From: Stegostoma tigrinum
Lineage: Eukaryota
Length of the DNA stretch: 64,000 nt
Direction of reading: 5' to 3'
NCBI RefSeq assembly: GCF_030684315.1
Contig: NC_081377.1
Location: forward strand, 33,604,001-33,668,000
Shown here: positions 51,215-64,000 of the stretch, piece by piece
Numbering within the stretch: the stretch's first letter is position 1
Layout: each line of letters opens with the position of its first letter
Notes under the pieces: model-generated
Database searches by the model: none
Seen by the model: only the letters and a program-made list of their open reading frames with translations
Told to the model about the DNA's origin: nothing
Made by a program: the position numbers and the translations under genes

Positions 51215-53723
51215 TAGCAAAACAGAAGAAAAAGCAAGGGAAGATAAGTAAAAAGGCCCAGTATTGTTTTTTCTAACTTTAAGTTTCACTCTTGAATAAT
51301 AGTTCACTTTTTTAAATGTTTTGAAACATAGTGTCCCTAAATGAATTGTATTCAAGTGCATTGTCAGCACATCCAAAGAGCTCATAACATTCCTTCTTGC
51401 TCAGTGAGACCACCTGTTTTGCCCCCTCTGTGTTCCATCTCTACTTGACCAACCACATCAAACTTGAGTTTGACATTTTCCCCAACCAACGCTCCCCTTG
51501 AATTCACATATTTCCTTAGTTTTTCTCCTATCTCCCATGTTAATCTTGCCCATGCACCCACCTCCTCTGTCCTTGACCCTATTCCTGTTAAACAACTGAC
51601 CACCCAAATTCTGTTACTGGCTTTTATCATTAGTGGTTCTCCAGTTCTATTTCCTCTCTTCAGATACTGTCCAACTGCCCTTCAAATCTGCCACCATCAA
51701 TCTGTGGTTTTAAAGAAAAACAATTCTTTTATCCCTCTGACCTTGAAAACTGCTGCTCCTTTGCGCTTCAGAGTCCTTGAACTTGCTGTTGCTCCCAAAG
51801 CTGTTCTTCTTATTTTCTTGTTTGAATTCCTTCAATAAGGCTTCTGCTCTACCACAGTACAGAAGCTAGCCTGAAGATAAAAATGACATTCCATGTTAAT
51901 GAATGCCTTTGTCATTCTCAAACTTGCTGCCACCTTTATGGGTTGATCACATTAACCTTCCCCAAATGTCCTGCAGTATTGTGCAACTGGATGGGACTGT
52001 ACTCACTCGGTTCTATTCTTCTCTCACTAATCATAGCCAGTGATTCATTTGAACTGACTTCTGACCTACTCATGTACCATTACCTCTGTTGAAACCAAGA
52101 ATCAACTTGACCTTGTCCTATTACACATCTACATACTGCCCTTTTATTTGATTTTGATTCTATTTTATTTTATTGTTGTCAAATGTACTGAGATACTGTG
52201 AAAAGTACTGTTTTGCATGCTATCCAGGTAAATCATACCTTACATAAGTACATCACTGTTATAGAACAGAATGCAGAAGATAGTGTTATAGAAAAGAACA
52301 TTGTTAGTAATTCTGACAGACTTAAAATCGAGGTTTAAAGGGATATAGTAAATGTAAGAAGACAATCCGCTAGGGACAGCACTCTTAGAATTGCCATGCT
52401 CTGTGCCATTTTGCGTAATGTAACAAAACATAACATCATATAAAACATTATAACACCAAACAAAAACAGTGTCACTTTTCGTATGTATACTAATGACTCA
52501 CCTTCATTTCCCTCCTTCCCTCTTCACTCACTCTAATTTGTCAGACAACTTACTGATATCCAGTACAGGACAAGTAGAAGTTACCTTTAAGTAAACATTG
52601 GGGGAACCGAAGACATTGCCTTTATTCCCAGTTACAAATGTTATTTCAAACCACCAATCCCATTGTCTCCATGGCAAAAAAAAATTGAGACTGAGACTGC
52701 TCACCCTGTTTGATGTCACTGCTGGATGTCAGGAGATCTCTTTACATGACATTTGTTTAAACTGACAGCAGGAAAAGGGAACTCTTTCATTGAGGTTGCT
52801 AGATTTTTGTTATCCGGTTTCTTTGAGTTTGTTGGTGTGCTGGCTGCACATAAATCAATGTGTATCGCTTAATCAAGCATTGTAATCTCCATCATCGTTT
52901 TTGAAGGCTATCCAGTTCAGACCTGGGGTAAAATTTCACGGTTGCAGTGGTGGGCCCATCCATTGACAAGAGAGCTGATAACAATCTTGCTCTGCCAAAA
53001 ACAATTCCCAGTAATACAACTCGCAACTGCTGTAAGGGTTCCTGGCTCCAACAGAGACACGTCCTGTTGTAATTTCTGATGCAGGGCAGGTATCCCATTG
53101 AGAGTTGTCAGCTGATCAGAAGCTGTCGGTTTTACAGGATATGTGACTTCACTGGGAAAGGTGGCCGCAGGGGGCTTGAGGATGACCCTTGTTTCTGGAG
53201 CCTCTGAGTAAAGTTAAATGGGATGGGCTAGTTGGAGGCCCCAGTAAATGGAGTGGGGGGAGCTCATTGTAAAAGGTAGGTTGGATATTTCTCCGTGGCC
53301 CCACCAGCTGATCCGTCTGATCAACACAAGATTCTTGAGAAGGGTGGACCCCCATATCAGGCTGCAGGCTTGCCTAACAGATTTTGTGTGGCACCCACCT
53401 GACTGATATACAATTAATGGCAACATTAAGGCCATTAAGTGACCTCCTTATTGGGAAAAGTGAGAAAAGTAACAAGATCTCCATTTCCAGCCCACCCATC
53501 CTATTTTATGGCTCCCCACCTTCCAACCAATTTCTGGGGCTGCATTAATTTCGCCACCAGTTTCTGTAATAATATAGTGGGGTGATGGATGGTGGATACA
53601 CTTATTTAACCCAACTAACTCAGTTATAGGGAGTTTGTCAGTTGTGAGAATAAGCTACAGGGTACATTTGGTCTTACTCTGTTCCTTTTCATAGTTGTAT
53701 AATTAAGATAACTTTAGTCATAG

Positions 53724-54179
<456 letters not shown>

Positions 54180-55302
54180 TAGAACAGAAACTGATAGAAC
54201 AGTATAGTCTGGGAAATTAGTTCTGCCAGATTCTTGTTGATTTTGGGTCTTGCTGTATATTCTAGTCAGGTCTAGGTATCTGAAGCTCCCACTCAAAGCA
54301 GCTGGGAGCCTCAGAAGTATGCACAAAAGGGACAAGGGGGAGAAAGTTGCATAATTTACCTATCCATGTTCATATTGACGCTGAATCCCCACCATGGCCA
54401 GTGAAACCTGGTAAAGAGAACCCTCTGGATAGGCATGCATGTTTTAAAGATAAGCAACCTTTCTTGTAATTGTTTTTCTGTTAATTTTCTAACAGCCGGA
54501 ACTTGGGCTTTCATCAGCCTTGTGCGACTTGCTTATATTATGGCCCTGCTGTGACGAGCTGCCTCGTGAGATAGCCTTGTCATTTTGGATGAGAAACAGC
54601 CCACACAATTTAAATGGAGCTAGGCTTGAACTAAATACTGATACTTATAATTTTTACATGTTCTTGGTTTATCTTCATGTATTTATCTTGTGTGTTATTG
54701 CATATTTTTTCTCCTTTTTCTTAAGACTTTAAAATTTGTTGGGCCAAGTCCTCTAGTGCCCCCTTGGCCAGATTTTGGCAGACTTCACAGGAGAATGGAG
54801 TGTCACAGCTGAAGCATATCTTCTACTGTGACTAGAGAACTACTCACATCTATTTTGCCAGAGGATAATGACTGTGTGCAAACATCACAGGAATTCTTCC
54901 ACTGTGAAACCTCAATTCACTTTTCTGTGTTTTTCCTTTCCCAGCCTATTTGAGGGTGGTTTGAAATCTAGAATTATTTTTCTATTCTTTGTACTCCATA
55001 GATTTCTTTAAAATGTTTTCCTTTAATTCTCTTCCACTATTAGATGATCCGTAGAACACTGTAGTCATGATCAATACTTTCTTACCCTTTATTTCAATGC
55101 ATTGCTGCCTAATTAGAGAACAAAATTAATTAGCTGTCAGTTAAATACTTAACATGTGGTACAAGAGGAAGCTATTATCTGACACCATAGTGATTGCAGC
55201 TAAGGCACATCTAACTGTAGTACTGCTGTAGAAATAGTGACGGTTTGAGGATACAGCAGATGTATATTTATATAGCTTTGGCCATTTATAGTTCGTGTAA
55301 TG

Positions 55303-55436
55303 GAGCACCTGATTCCTGTAACCAGTTCTGATTGTCATTGCAGACTCTGGAGGAGCTGTTGTGCCAAAGCAATGCTGAGTGAATCCAGATAGATCTCTTC
55401 TAAATTGAGGCCTGTCTCTACAACTTAGCAACAGAT
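55303..55436 (+). ncRNA. SNORA55: H/ACA snoRNA, SNORA55-like, copy 2 (PABPC4 intron 8)
   Basis: Starts GAGCACCTGA, H box AAAGCA at 55366-55371, 3' hairpin GCTGAGT..AATCCAGA..GGCCTGTCTCTACAACTTAGC, ACA at 55431-55433. Confidence 0.8.
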
Positions 55437-56659
55437 ATCAAGTTACTTTTATGTATTAATATTAGGATTTTCTTGGTCCTCTTGGAGACAATGACTCATA
55501 TTTGAAATATGGCTGCGTGAGTGCAGAAGACCTAAAGACTTTGCAAGCCTTGTAACATCGTGCCTGTAATTAATCACTATGCCACCAGGAAACCCACAAT
55601 GCAGGCTGTTCACCATGGTTTATATGGACTGAATCTTACTAGAAATTGGCAAAGTGCCATTTTTGGCGAGATTCATGGATGGTTTCTCTGTGTGAGTTTT
55701 TATCACGATATCTTTCAAAACTCATCTCATTACATATACATTACACCCCTATTGTTCCCCCATATTTTCACCATATCATATTTTCCCATTTGCTACAGGC
55801 TGAAGTACTGACCATTGTTGGGACCTCTCAGGATTCCTGCACTGCTGCATCTCTAAAGCCCAGCTGTGTACCTGGTCTCTCACTGGCAGTTCACAGCTGT
55901 CCCGTACACTTCCTGTCATTTGCCCCAGACATGTTTCACAGAGAGAAATTGACACTTTGCTTTTCCAGTGGGGAACTGGAGATCTTGCTGGACAGGGAGT
56001 GCCTGGTTGCCACTAATGGTGTGTGCTCTGAGATGTTGGTGACCGATGGAGCGCTGGGTGACCAAACAGTGAGCTGGCATTGCAGGGTTACTATTCTGAG
56101 TCTCATGTCAGGAATTGTTGCTGTCTATTTCTGGCTGGTTGGTGGGAGAATGGGACATTGAATATCAATGAGATGAGATGCCGTAATATGAGAATGATCA
56201 TGCAGATAGGCCTCTTGACGTTCACCAATGAGAGTCTTGTCTCACCTGTCAACACCTGTTTGGATAATAGGATATTTTGCTCTTGACGTCAGGAATCCTC
56301 ATGCCACCAATCTCGAGGAGCTCCTGATATTTTTTTATTTCACTGATGCCTACATCATTCAGTATCTGGAAAGATTCCACCCTATAAGTCTTTTGTTTTA
56401 ATTAAGAGTAGCTGTAAATTCAGAACATTTAGCATGCTTTTGAACATTTTTTTGATTTCATGTAGAAAGAATTTAGATTTCTTTAATACCCTATCAAATA
56501 ATCCAGAAACACTTTGCATTTAATGTTCTTTGATCTAAGTATAATAGTTATTTGTGTGCCTATAACTCTTTTGTAAGCATAAATAGTTTCACTATTCTTT
56601 AAAGGAGCACTACCAGCCAGAGTTTGACACCTAAGCCTCGTAAAGAGAAATTAGAAGTC

Positions 56660-56938
56660 TTGGTGGCTCAGGGGTTGGCACTGCTGCCTCACAGCATTGG
56701 GGACCCGGGTTCAATTCCAGCCTCAGGCAACTGTGTAGAGTTTGCAGTCTCCCTGTGTCTGTTTGGGTTTCTGCGGGGTGCTCTGGTTTCCTTCCTCAGT
56801 CCAAAGATGTGCAGGTTAGATGGATTGGCCATGGTAAATGCAGAGTTATAGGGTAGGGGGTGGAGTGCTCTTCAGATGTTCAGTGTGTACTCATTGGAAC
56901 AAATAGCCTGCTTCCACGCTCTGGGAATTCTATGATTC
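56660..56938 (+). mobile_element. HE1-type SINE
   Basis: TGGCTCAGGGGTTGGCACTGCTGCCTCACAGC..GGGTTCAATTCC head; ATTCTATGATTCT tail. Confidence 0.85.
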
Positions 56939-58726
56939 TGTGAACATCTCATAGGAGAGAGATGGAGATCTCTCTGAGGAAATGAACAGATTATTAACTT
57001 TTGTCTTTTTAAGTAGAGAAAGTCAATCATTTACATAGCAAAATATGAAGAGATACAACTACAAGAAAGCTGGTGCTAGATATACTTGTATCAAACCAAG
57101 CTAAATGAAGTCCTTGCAAAATGATGAAACAACTCTAAAGCATTTTTTTCTTTCATCATGTTGCATTCTTAATTATTACAATCATTATGAATGTGTCAGA
57201 GCCGCTACATTGCCTCTGGTTGTAGTAACTATAAAGACTGTGTATATTTTATTTCCTGGATGTTTGAATGTGGACTGGAAATGGACTGGAAAAGAACCAA
57301 GGATTGTGGTAGGAATTGCTGCACTTTCTAAAACAAGTTATTTAGAAGGTGAGTTTTACACTGCTGCTTGTTCAGCCATTGGGGGAAAATTAGTTGCTGT
57401 TGAATTAGCACCAGGGAGTGTGTACAGACTGAGATTTGGCCAGTTACAAGTAGCTGATTGGTCTTGAGCGGTGTGTTCAGTTGTCGATGACTAATCTGCT
57501 TTCTTGCCAATGACTATGTAATGAGCAGGTCTGAAGAGTCTATAAGGGCCCCTGACACAAGGACCCCTGAAGGGCCACTGGATCCGAAACATTAATTTTG
57601 ATATTATTCCACAGATTCTATCAGACCTGCTGATATTTTCCAGCAATTTGTTTTTGTTTCAAAATTCTAGCATCCGTAGCTCTTTTGACTTTTTTGACTG
57701 TGATTAGCTCTTAGGTAGCTGAATGTTTGCCAGTGTGAACAATATGGCCAGAAACCTTCAAACTTCCAAAAGAGGAGAGTCTCTCTCTCTCTCTCTCTCT
57801 CTCTTTCATTCTTTGTGCAGGAAGAAAGTTACTCAGCTTGTAGATGGCTATTTTACTTACCTTCACCGGTTGCTGTAAACTGTGGCTTTTAACTAGGATC
57901 TAGAAGATTTTAGAATCTGTGCTTCTTGCAAGGAAGTGGAAAAAAAACTTGGACAAAAGAAATCAATGAACAGCTAATTTTTTAAAAAATCATCTCTGCA
58001 AACCCTTGTACAGGGACGACTGAATTTCCTTTCCAGTTTTTCCTTCCCCACACAGCAATTTTTTTGTTTGTATGTAAGTGTAGGGTGAGTTTATAAAAAG
58101 CAGGGGGGGATGGGGTTAGAGTTTTAATTATTATTATTTCATTATTTAAATAATTTGGTTCATAAATCTGTCACCTGAATCTAAGCGGACACACGAATTG
58201 GGGAACTTGCAAACTTTCGTATAAAATCTTTAACTTGTGAGATGATTGGAACAGTAGGGGGCTTGATTTCTAGTGATCCATGATGTAATCTGTATGTGTT
58301 AAGCTTTATTTTCCCCAGGAATCATTGAGATATATAGTATAACTAAATTATAATTTGAACTTGTTTTGTACCATTTGTGGAGGAATAGTTTGCCTGCTGG
58401 TGTAATTTCTGTGTTCTGCTTTAGGTATTGCCTCAGTCAAATTAACACTGGAACTAAACATGCAGTGAGTAAATTGACGCATAATTAGTAGGAGAAAAGT
58501 TTTGTAACCAAGTTAACAAAACCAAATAGAACAATGCACAAATAAAGGGCTTTAGCAACTGTTGAAAATTACACTAATTAAAGCAAAATAAAATGAATGT
58601 ACAATTTACACAACTTTAGAATTTAATTCCTATTAGAACTGGTTATGAAGAAAACGACCTGGGGGTTTTAAGCCACAGAAGAAGTGTATTGCTGAAAGGG
58701 TAAAACAAGTTCTGGTTTCATTCCAG

Positions 58727-58817
58727 GCCCAAAGTAGAGCTACATATTATGCACCAAATCAAATGGCTCAGATGAGACCCAGTCCACGTTGGCAACAGCA
58801 ACAAACCAGGCCCCAAG
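58727..58817 (+). CDS. PABPC4: PABPC4 exon 9
   Basis: ccag|AQSRATYYAPNQMAQMRPSPRWQQQQTRPQ|gtatgc. Confidence 0.93.
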
Positions 58818-60134
58818 GTATGCATTCTTTATCATGATTACTTGCTTAAAATTAATGAGGCATGTTGTGTATGAAAGAACATATTGGGTATTACAAATCT
58901 GTCAAATTCAAGGAAATATAGGAAAAGCTTCCAAACAAAAGAATTTCCTTTTATTTTCTTGTACACTTCCTTTCTTTTGAAAAAAAAGCACTTTGTCACT
59001 ACTACCCTTTTTCGGTGTTTCTAACATAAAAGTTGGGATTTCTTTAGTGGTAAAGATGGTATTTGATATAATACTAATGTAATGGCTCAAGGAAGCCCAA
59101 AAAAAATCCTTCTATTGAACTGAGTTGGTCTTTGTCTTCATTCTGTAGTGAGATTTCTACTTAGGTAGTTTAGTGTAGGGAGCAGAGGGAGGTAGGTTTT
59201 TTCTGGCTGACTCCCAGCAGCTGTCCAGCATGCAATGTTATTGGGGAATAATGTGAACTGGTAGCCTAGAATTGGCTAAATTAGCAGTAACCTGTGTTAA
59301 AACATGCCAGCTTGCCTAGTGGTTTTGGGCACAACAGCATTTGTAGCATTTACACTTAAATTTCTTCTGGGTATGATTAAATCTGGAATAGGTGTAAAGA
59401 GAAGTAAATTCAGTTTATTCACAAGTAGTTCAAATATTGATCCCATTTATCAGTAAGGAATATGCAAATACCGATGCATTCATGTGTTCTTGACTCATAT
59501 TTTTGTTGCAATTATGTATCTAGTTTGCACTTGTAGATTTTTTTTTAAAAAACACAATTAGTGATGTTCAGTAAAATGTTCACATTAACAACTAAATAAA
59601 GTAGTTGTTGAATTGCGGTTTGGTCTGTGGAAGACTACAAATTGTGGTGCTGTGTAGCTTGGAATATTAAAACTGTTACTATATGTAACTGAAAATACTT
59701 TTCAGAAGTGAGGATTCTTAACTCGTGTAGGTCATACTTCATTTTAACAATCTAGTGGAAAATTACTGTTCCATAAGAACAGTCTGTAATATTGTATGCT
59801 TATGTAGGTTTTTGATTTGCAGTATTCAAATTGTGACTTGTGCATAAGTATGATGGTTTTTGACAGCTCACAAACATAAATATGAACTGGTACAATTTCT
59901 CAGGTTTTAAGCAATGTCCCCTGTAATTTTCCTTTTCTATGTATAGCATGTTGATTTCATTTCATTTATGACCATTATATGGCTACTCTCATTCGCATTT
60001 TAAAGTAGCACTGGTTCTACACAACCTGTTTATTGCAGTGTGCAGCTGTACAACTGCACTTTCTTAATGGGAATATTAGGGTAATTTAGTGTAAAAAGGC
60101 AATCTTTTAAGGAGTCATTCTTAAACATTCAACA

Positions 60135-60375
60135 TTTAAGTTTCTTCACCCAGAGAGTGGTGGATATATGGAATGCTCTGCCCCAGAAGGCAGTGGAGGC
60201 CAAGTCTCTGGATACTTTCAAGAAAGATATGGATAGAGCTCTTAAAGATAGTGGAATCAAGGGTTTTCGGGATAAGGCAGGAACAGGATACTGATTGTGG
60301 ATGATCAGCCATGATCATGATGAATGGTGGTGCTGGCTCGAAGGGCCAAATGGCCTACTCCTGCACCTCTTGTCT
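60135..60375 (+). mobile_element. Well-preserved CR1 LINE 3' end
   Basis: FFTQRVVDIWNALPQKAVEAKSLDTFKKDMD; GGCTCGAAGGGCCAAATGGCCTACTCCTGC tail. Confidence 0.85.
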
Positions 60376-60676
60376 GTTGCCTAAGTTGCCTGCAGATTTT
60401 ACAGTACAGATCTGAATTCATTTCCAAGTTGCAATTATGCAGCAACAAAAACTGTGCATACTGAAAATTGGAAATAAAAACAGGAAATTGCTGGAATTTC
60501 TCAGCAGGTCTCATTGAATCCATGGAATGAGATATATAGGTCATCTACTTGAAACATTAACTTCATTTGAGAAATGCTGTGCTTGGTTTCAGAATCATAT
60601 ATATACACACACATACATATTTTTAAAAATTATGTTATTTTATTAGTTTCAGAATCTTTTTTTTTAACTTCCACAG

Positions 60677-60793
60677 GGTTCCAAGCCATGCCAAATGCCC
60701 TTCGTCAGGGAGGTCCTAGGCCTTCTCTGCGTCACTTAACACCGACAGGAAATACTCAGGGTCCTCGAGGTATTCCTGGTGCACAGAGAATGG
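60677..60793 (+). CDS. PABPC4: PABPC4 exon 10
   Basis: cacag|[39 protein letters not shown]|gtgaga. Confidence 0.93.
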
Positions 60794-62096
60794 GTGAGAG
60801 TTTGTTGTTATGAAGCATTTCGTAATATTATTACATCTTCAAAAAACCTGAAAAAGATATAAAGAATTACAAAAACGATTGTAGTGCCATTTGAGGAATG
60901 CTTTCTTGAAAATGTATGAATGCATGGAAAGTAGGTGAACAGCCTCTCTTATCTGTTACATTCAGAAGAGAATTTATTTTAAATAACATGAAATTTTACT
61001 TGCATTCATTTTTAATAAACTGGAATCATGGTTTTGGAAATTTGGGAGTAAATTTTAAAGCTAATGTAGTGTCTGTTCTTACTATTCATTTCTAATTAAA
61101 GAATTGTAAAGTTCCTCTCCTTATATTGACTGATGTTCTTGTTTAACAAGTTGTGATTCTGGTAGGGCTGGTTTCTTGCATATGAATTTTTTAACCAACT
61201 TCAGGAGGTCCTGGTGTTACTTCCTCTGATATTCTCTTTGGAGGAACTCAACCATCCCAACAGCAACAAAAAATGGTGTTCTCAGATGCGGAATGAATGC
61301 TGATTTCAGTCTTGCACCTTGCTGGCAATCCAGTGAATTCTATCAAAAGTGCAGATATTTGACATTAAGGGCATAATTTTGGATCTTGGGTCAGAATCCT
61401 TATGTCAGTGTGAGGGGGGAGGGGTGTTATGCAGTGTGTGCCATGTACAAGATATACTGGAGCAAGTTTCTTCCTCAAACCTGTGTCTTCTACTGCTTAG
61501 AAGGGTACAGGTAGCAGATGCATGGGAACATCATGACCAGCGAGTTCTTCTCCAATCCACATACTGTCTTGACCTGGAACTATGTTGTAATTCTTACATT
61601 GTCACTGTACCTATACCCTGTAGACCACAACAGTTCAAGAAGACTGCTCATCGTCTTCTCAGGGGCAATTGTGATTGGGCAATAAATGTTGACCTAGCAG
61701 TGATGACCCTATAAAAAATAATGTTAAAATCCTGCAATTAAGTGAGAGAGGGGGGCCCTTAACTTGAAGTTCTCTCTTTGCAATCTTTAAAAAATTTCAA
61801 GTTATATAATCATGGTGCCACAGCACCTGTGCCAGCATTTTATAGGAGTGCCCGTCACAGAAAGAGTTTGAAAGCTTCCTGGTGTGCTGGCTCCAAGTGA
61901 CAGACCTAGTCCCTAATATCTCAGGGATGTGGCATACTGATGGGAAAATTCCAGTGGGCCTCTGTTAATTGGCCTAAGTGGATATTTACCTAACATGTGA
62001 CTACCTGTTACATTGGGGCAGTTAAGTCTTGCAACACCAATCCCCCCTCCAGGAAACAGGCTTGATGTTGAAATGATGTTGGCTGGTTGTACAAAT

Positions 62097-62193
62097 TTCA
62101 GATAACACAGTGTGAAGCTGGATGAATACAGCAGGCCAAGCAACATCTGAGGAGCAGGAAAGCTGACGTTCCGGGTCGAGACCCTTCTTTCAG
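62097..62193 (-). mobile_element. Single-arm Penelope-like derivative
   Basis: GCTGGATGAATACAGCAGGCCAAGC..GCTGACGTTCCGGGTCGAGACCCTTCTTTCAG (degenerate hammerhead on the - strand). Confidence 0.75.
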
Positions 62194-62289
62194 CCTTGAA
62201 TGCAGATGAAAATCCAGCCCTGATTTGTCAGTATTAGGCTTGGTACTGATGTCCCTCCTAGTCACTCGCACTTTTCACACCTTTGTGGT

Positions 62290-62720
62290 CTATCAAATGC
62301 TGTGTCATCAATAAAGTACATTTGAAGCTAAATTACTGCTGTAATATAGGCAAATGTGGCAGCCCACTTACACACAGTGAAGTCCCACAAACAGAACAGA
62401 GAATAATTGGCCAGTTAGTATTATCTAGTGATGTTGGTTGAGGGATACATGTTTAAATTAATTCGTACAGAATTCTAGCATGCTCTTCAAACGAATTAAT
62501 TGGATCTTTTATATCCATCACAAGACTACAGATTAAAATCTCACCTAAAACCAGGCACCTCTGACAGTGGCATGCTCCTTTGGCAGTGTAAGCCAAGATT
62601 AAAGTGTTCAAGATTTTGTAGTGAAGCTATGAACACTTGATATGCTGACTGGGGTGAAAATGATGTCAACTTTGCAGCTGAAAACACTCTAGTTGTTGTT
62701 AACAAATGACCACTGAATGA
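62290..62720 (-). mobile_element. DeuSINE relic
   Basis: AAGTACATTTGAAG..CCCACAAACAG..GATGTTGGTTGAGGGATA..GGATCTTTTATATCCA..GGCACCTCTGACAGTG. Confidence 0.6.
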
Positions 62721-63132
62721 GGTACAATATCTAGCTGAATTTGGCACACAGAAAACAAAATGGGAGAAAACTGATGGGTCCCTTTTTATGGAATTGAGCT
62801 ACAGAAGATATTAACATCTTAAATTTGAGCTCTGGTCTCTGTGTCACTTAATCTCAGCCTTGAAAGTAGTAGGTGGTATGGTAATTCATCTACTCACTCA
62901 GATTAAATTAGTAAGGGTATTTATGCCTTATTTTTTTACAAGGTTCCTCCAAAGCAATAAGTGAAGGCTTTTCACAGGCTGAATAATAATTGTGTGGTTT
63001 TACTCATTTTACTAGTGTATTAATTACCTATCACAAAAACTGCATTCCTTGCCTTAAGGGATGATTTGTCTCATTATAATGATAAACACTGATCTTTCTG
63101 TAGAAATTTCACTTATGTCTTTGTTGTTTCAG

Positions 63133-63272
63133 GATTATCAACGACTCAAAATCTGGCTCATCGTCCTGGAATTGTTGGCCCGACACCAAGGAGTGTTCCA
63201 CCTTATAAGTATGCTCCCAGTGTCCGCAACCCACAGCAATCAGTAGTGCAACCTCAAATGGCTGTGCAACAG
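63133..63272 (+). CDS. PABPC4: PABPC4 next linker exon (MLLE domain lies beyond the window)
   Basis: ttcag|GLSTTQNLAHRPGIVGPTPRSVPPYKYAPSVRNPQQSVVQPQMAVQQ|gtacta. Confidence 0.92.
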
Positions 63273-63359
63273 GTACTATATGTACATGAAATTTCTATTC
63301 AGGTATTGATAGAGTATTACCTGAATTGAGTACATGACCAACTGCACTAGTATAATCTA

Positions 63360-63584
63360 GAGGTAGTAGGAACTGCAGATGATGGAGAATCTGAGATAAT
63401 CAGGTGTAGACCTGGATGAATGCAGCAGGCCGAGCAGAAAGGCTGACGTTTTGGGCCTAGGCCCTTCTTCAGAAAATGACCTTTCATTTTCTGAAGAAGG
63501 GTCTAGGCCCGAAATGTCAGCCTTCCTGCTCCTCTGACGCTGCTTGGCCTACAGTGTTCATCCAGCTCTACATCTTGTTAGCTC
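63360..63584. mobile_element. Fold-back Penelope-like derivative with hammerhead-like cores on both strands
   Basis: + strand CTGAAGAAGGGTCTAGGCCCGAAATGTC at 63491-63518 and a mutated mirror at about 63445-63472; flanking CTAGTATA direct repeat. Confidence 0.82.
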
Positions 63585-64000
63585 TAGTATAGCCTAATCT
63601 AGTCTAGTCTAATCTGTTTGCATTTGGTCACTGACGCAATGTAGCTAGTTAACAAACTGAAAACCAGGATTTCTAGAAATAATTGAGCAAAGAATGCAGG
63701 ATGGCATATCAGGAGTAGCACCAGCTGTATCTTAAAATAAATTGCTAACTTGGTGAAGCTACAAAACAGGACTACGTGCAGGCCAAACAATATAAATAGC
63801 AGTTGATAGAAAAAAATGATTTCACAACCAGTGGATCAGATTTAAGTTCTGCAGTCCTGCTAAATCTACCTGTGAAGGGTGGTGTACAATTAAACAATTC
63901 TCTGAAGAAGAGTGCTGCACAAACAAACTTATGTTCAGTGATGGGGAAGTCAAGCACATTACTGCAAAAGATAAGGCTCAATAATTAGCATAAACCTTCA

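Noticed and set aside
55646-56161. 171-aa ORF in PABPC4 intron 8
   Set aside because: Non-ATG start, no recognisable domain, no supporting exon structure

Overview
Eukaryotic, AT-rich, repeat-dense vertebrate DNA, most likely a shark or other elasmobranch (HE1-type V-SINEs, DeuSINE relics, CR1/L2 LINEs). Two intact intron-containing genes lie on the + strand: the 3' half of a PDIA6-type protein disulfide isomerase (8 coding exons, 677-8409, WCGHC active site, ends KDEL) and the 5' part of PABPC4 (11 coding exons, 31114-63272, continuing past the window). PABPC4 has a TATA/TCT-type promoter, a hairpin plus A-rich autoregulatory-type leader, and two intronic SNORA55-like H/ACA snoRNAs. Two things are not explained by the ORF track. 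(1) On the - strand between the genes (about 10500-20100) is a spliced, apparently decaying gene whose exons read in order like a very divergent mucolipin/TRPML-type channel: luminal domain, S2-S6 and pore. (2) A Penelope-like retroelement sits about 200 bp upstream of the PABPC4 TATA box, and more than a dozen short, often fold-back, derivatives are scattered across the window; several retain a minimal hammerhead-ribozyme core and many have 12-16 bp target-site duplications. All homology calls come from reading the sequence and from remembered family motifs; no database search was run. Repeat boundaries are approximate.
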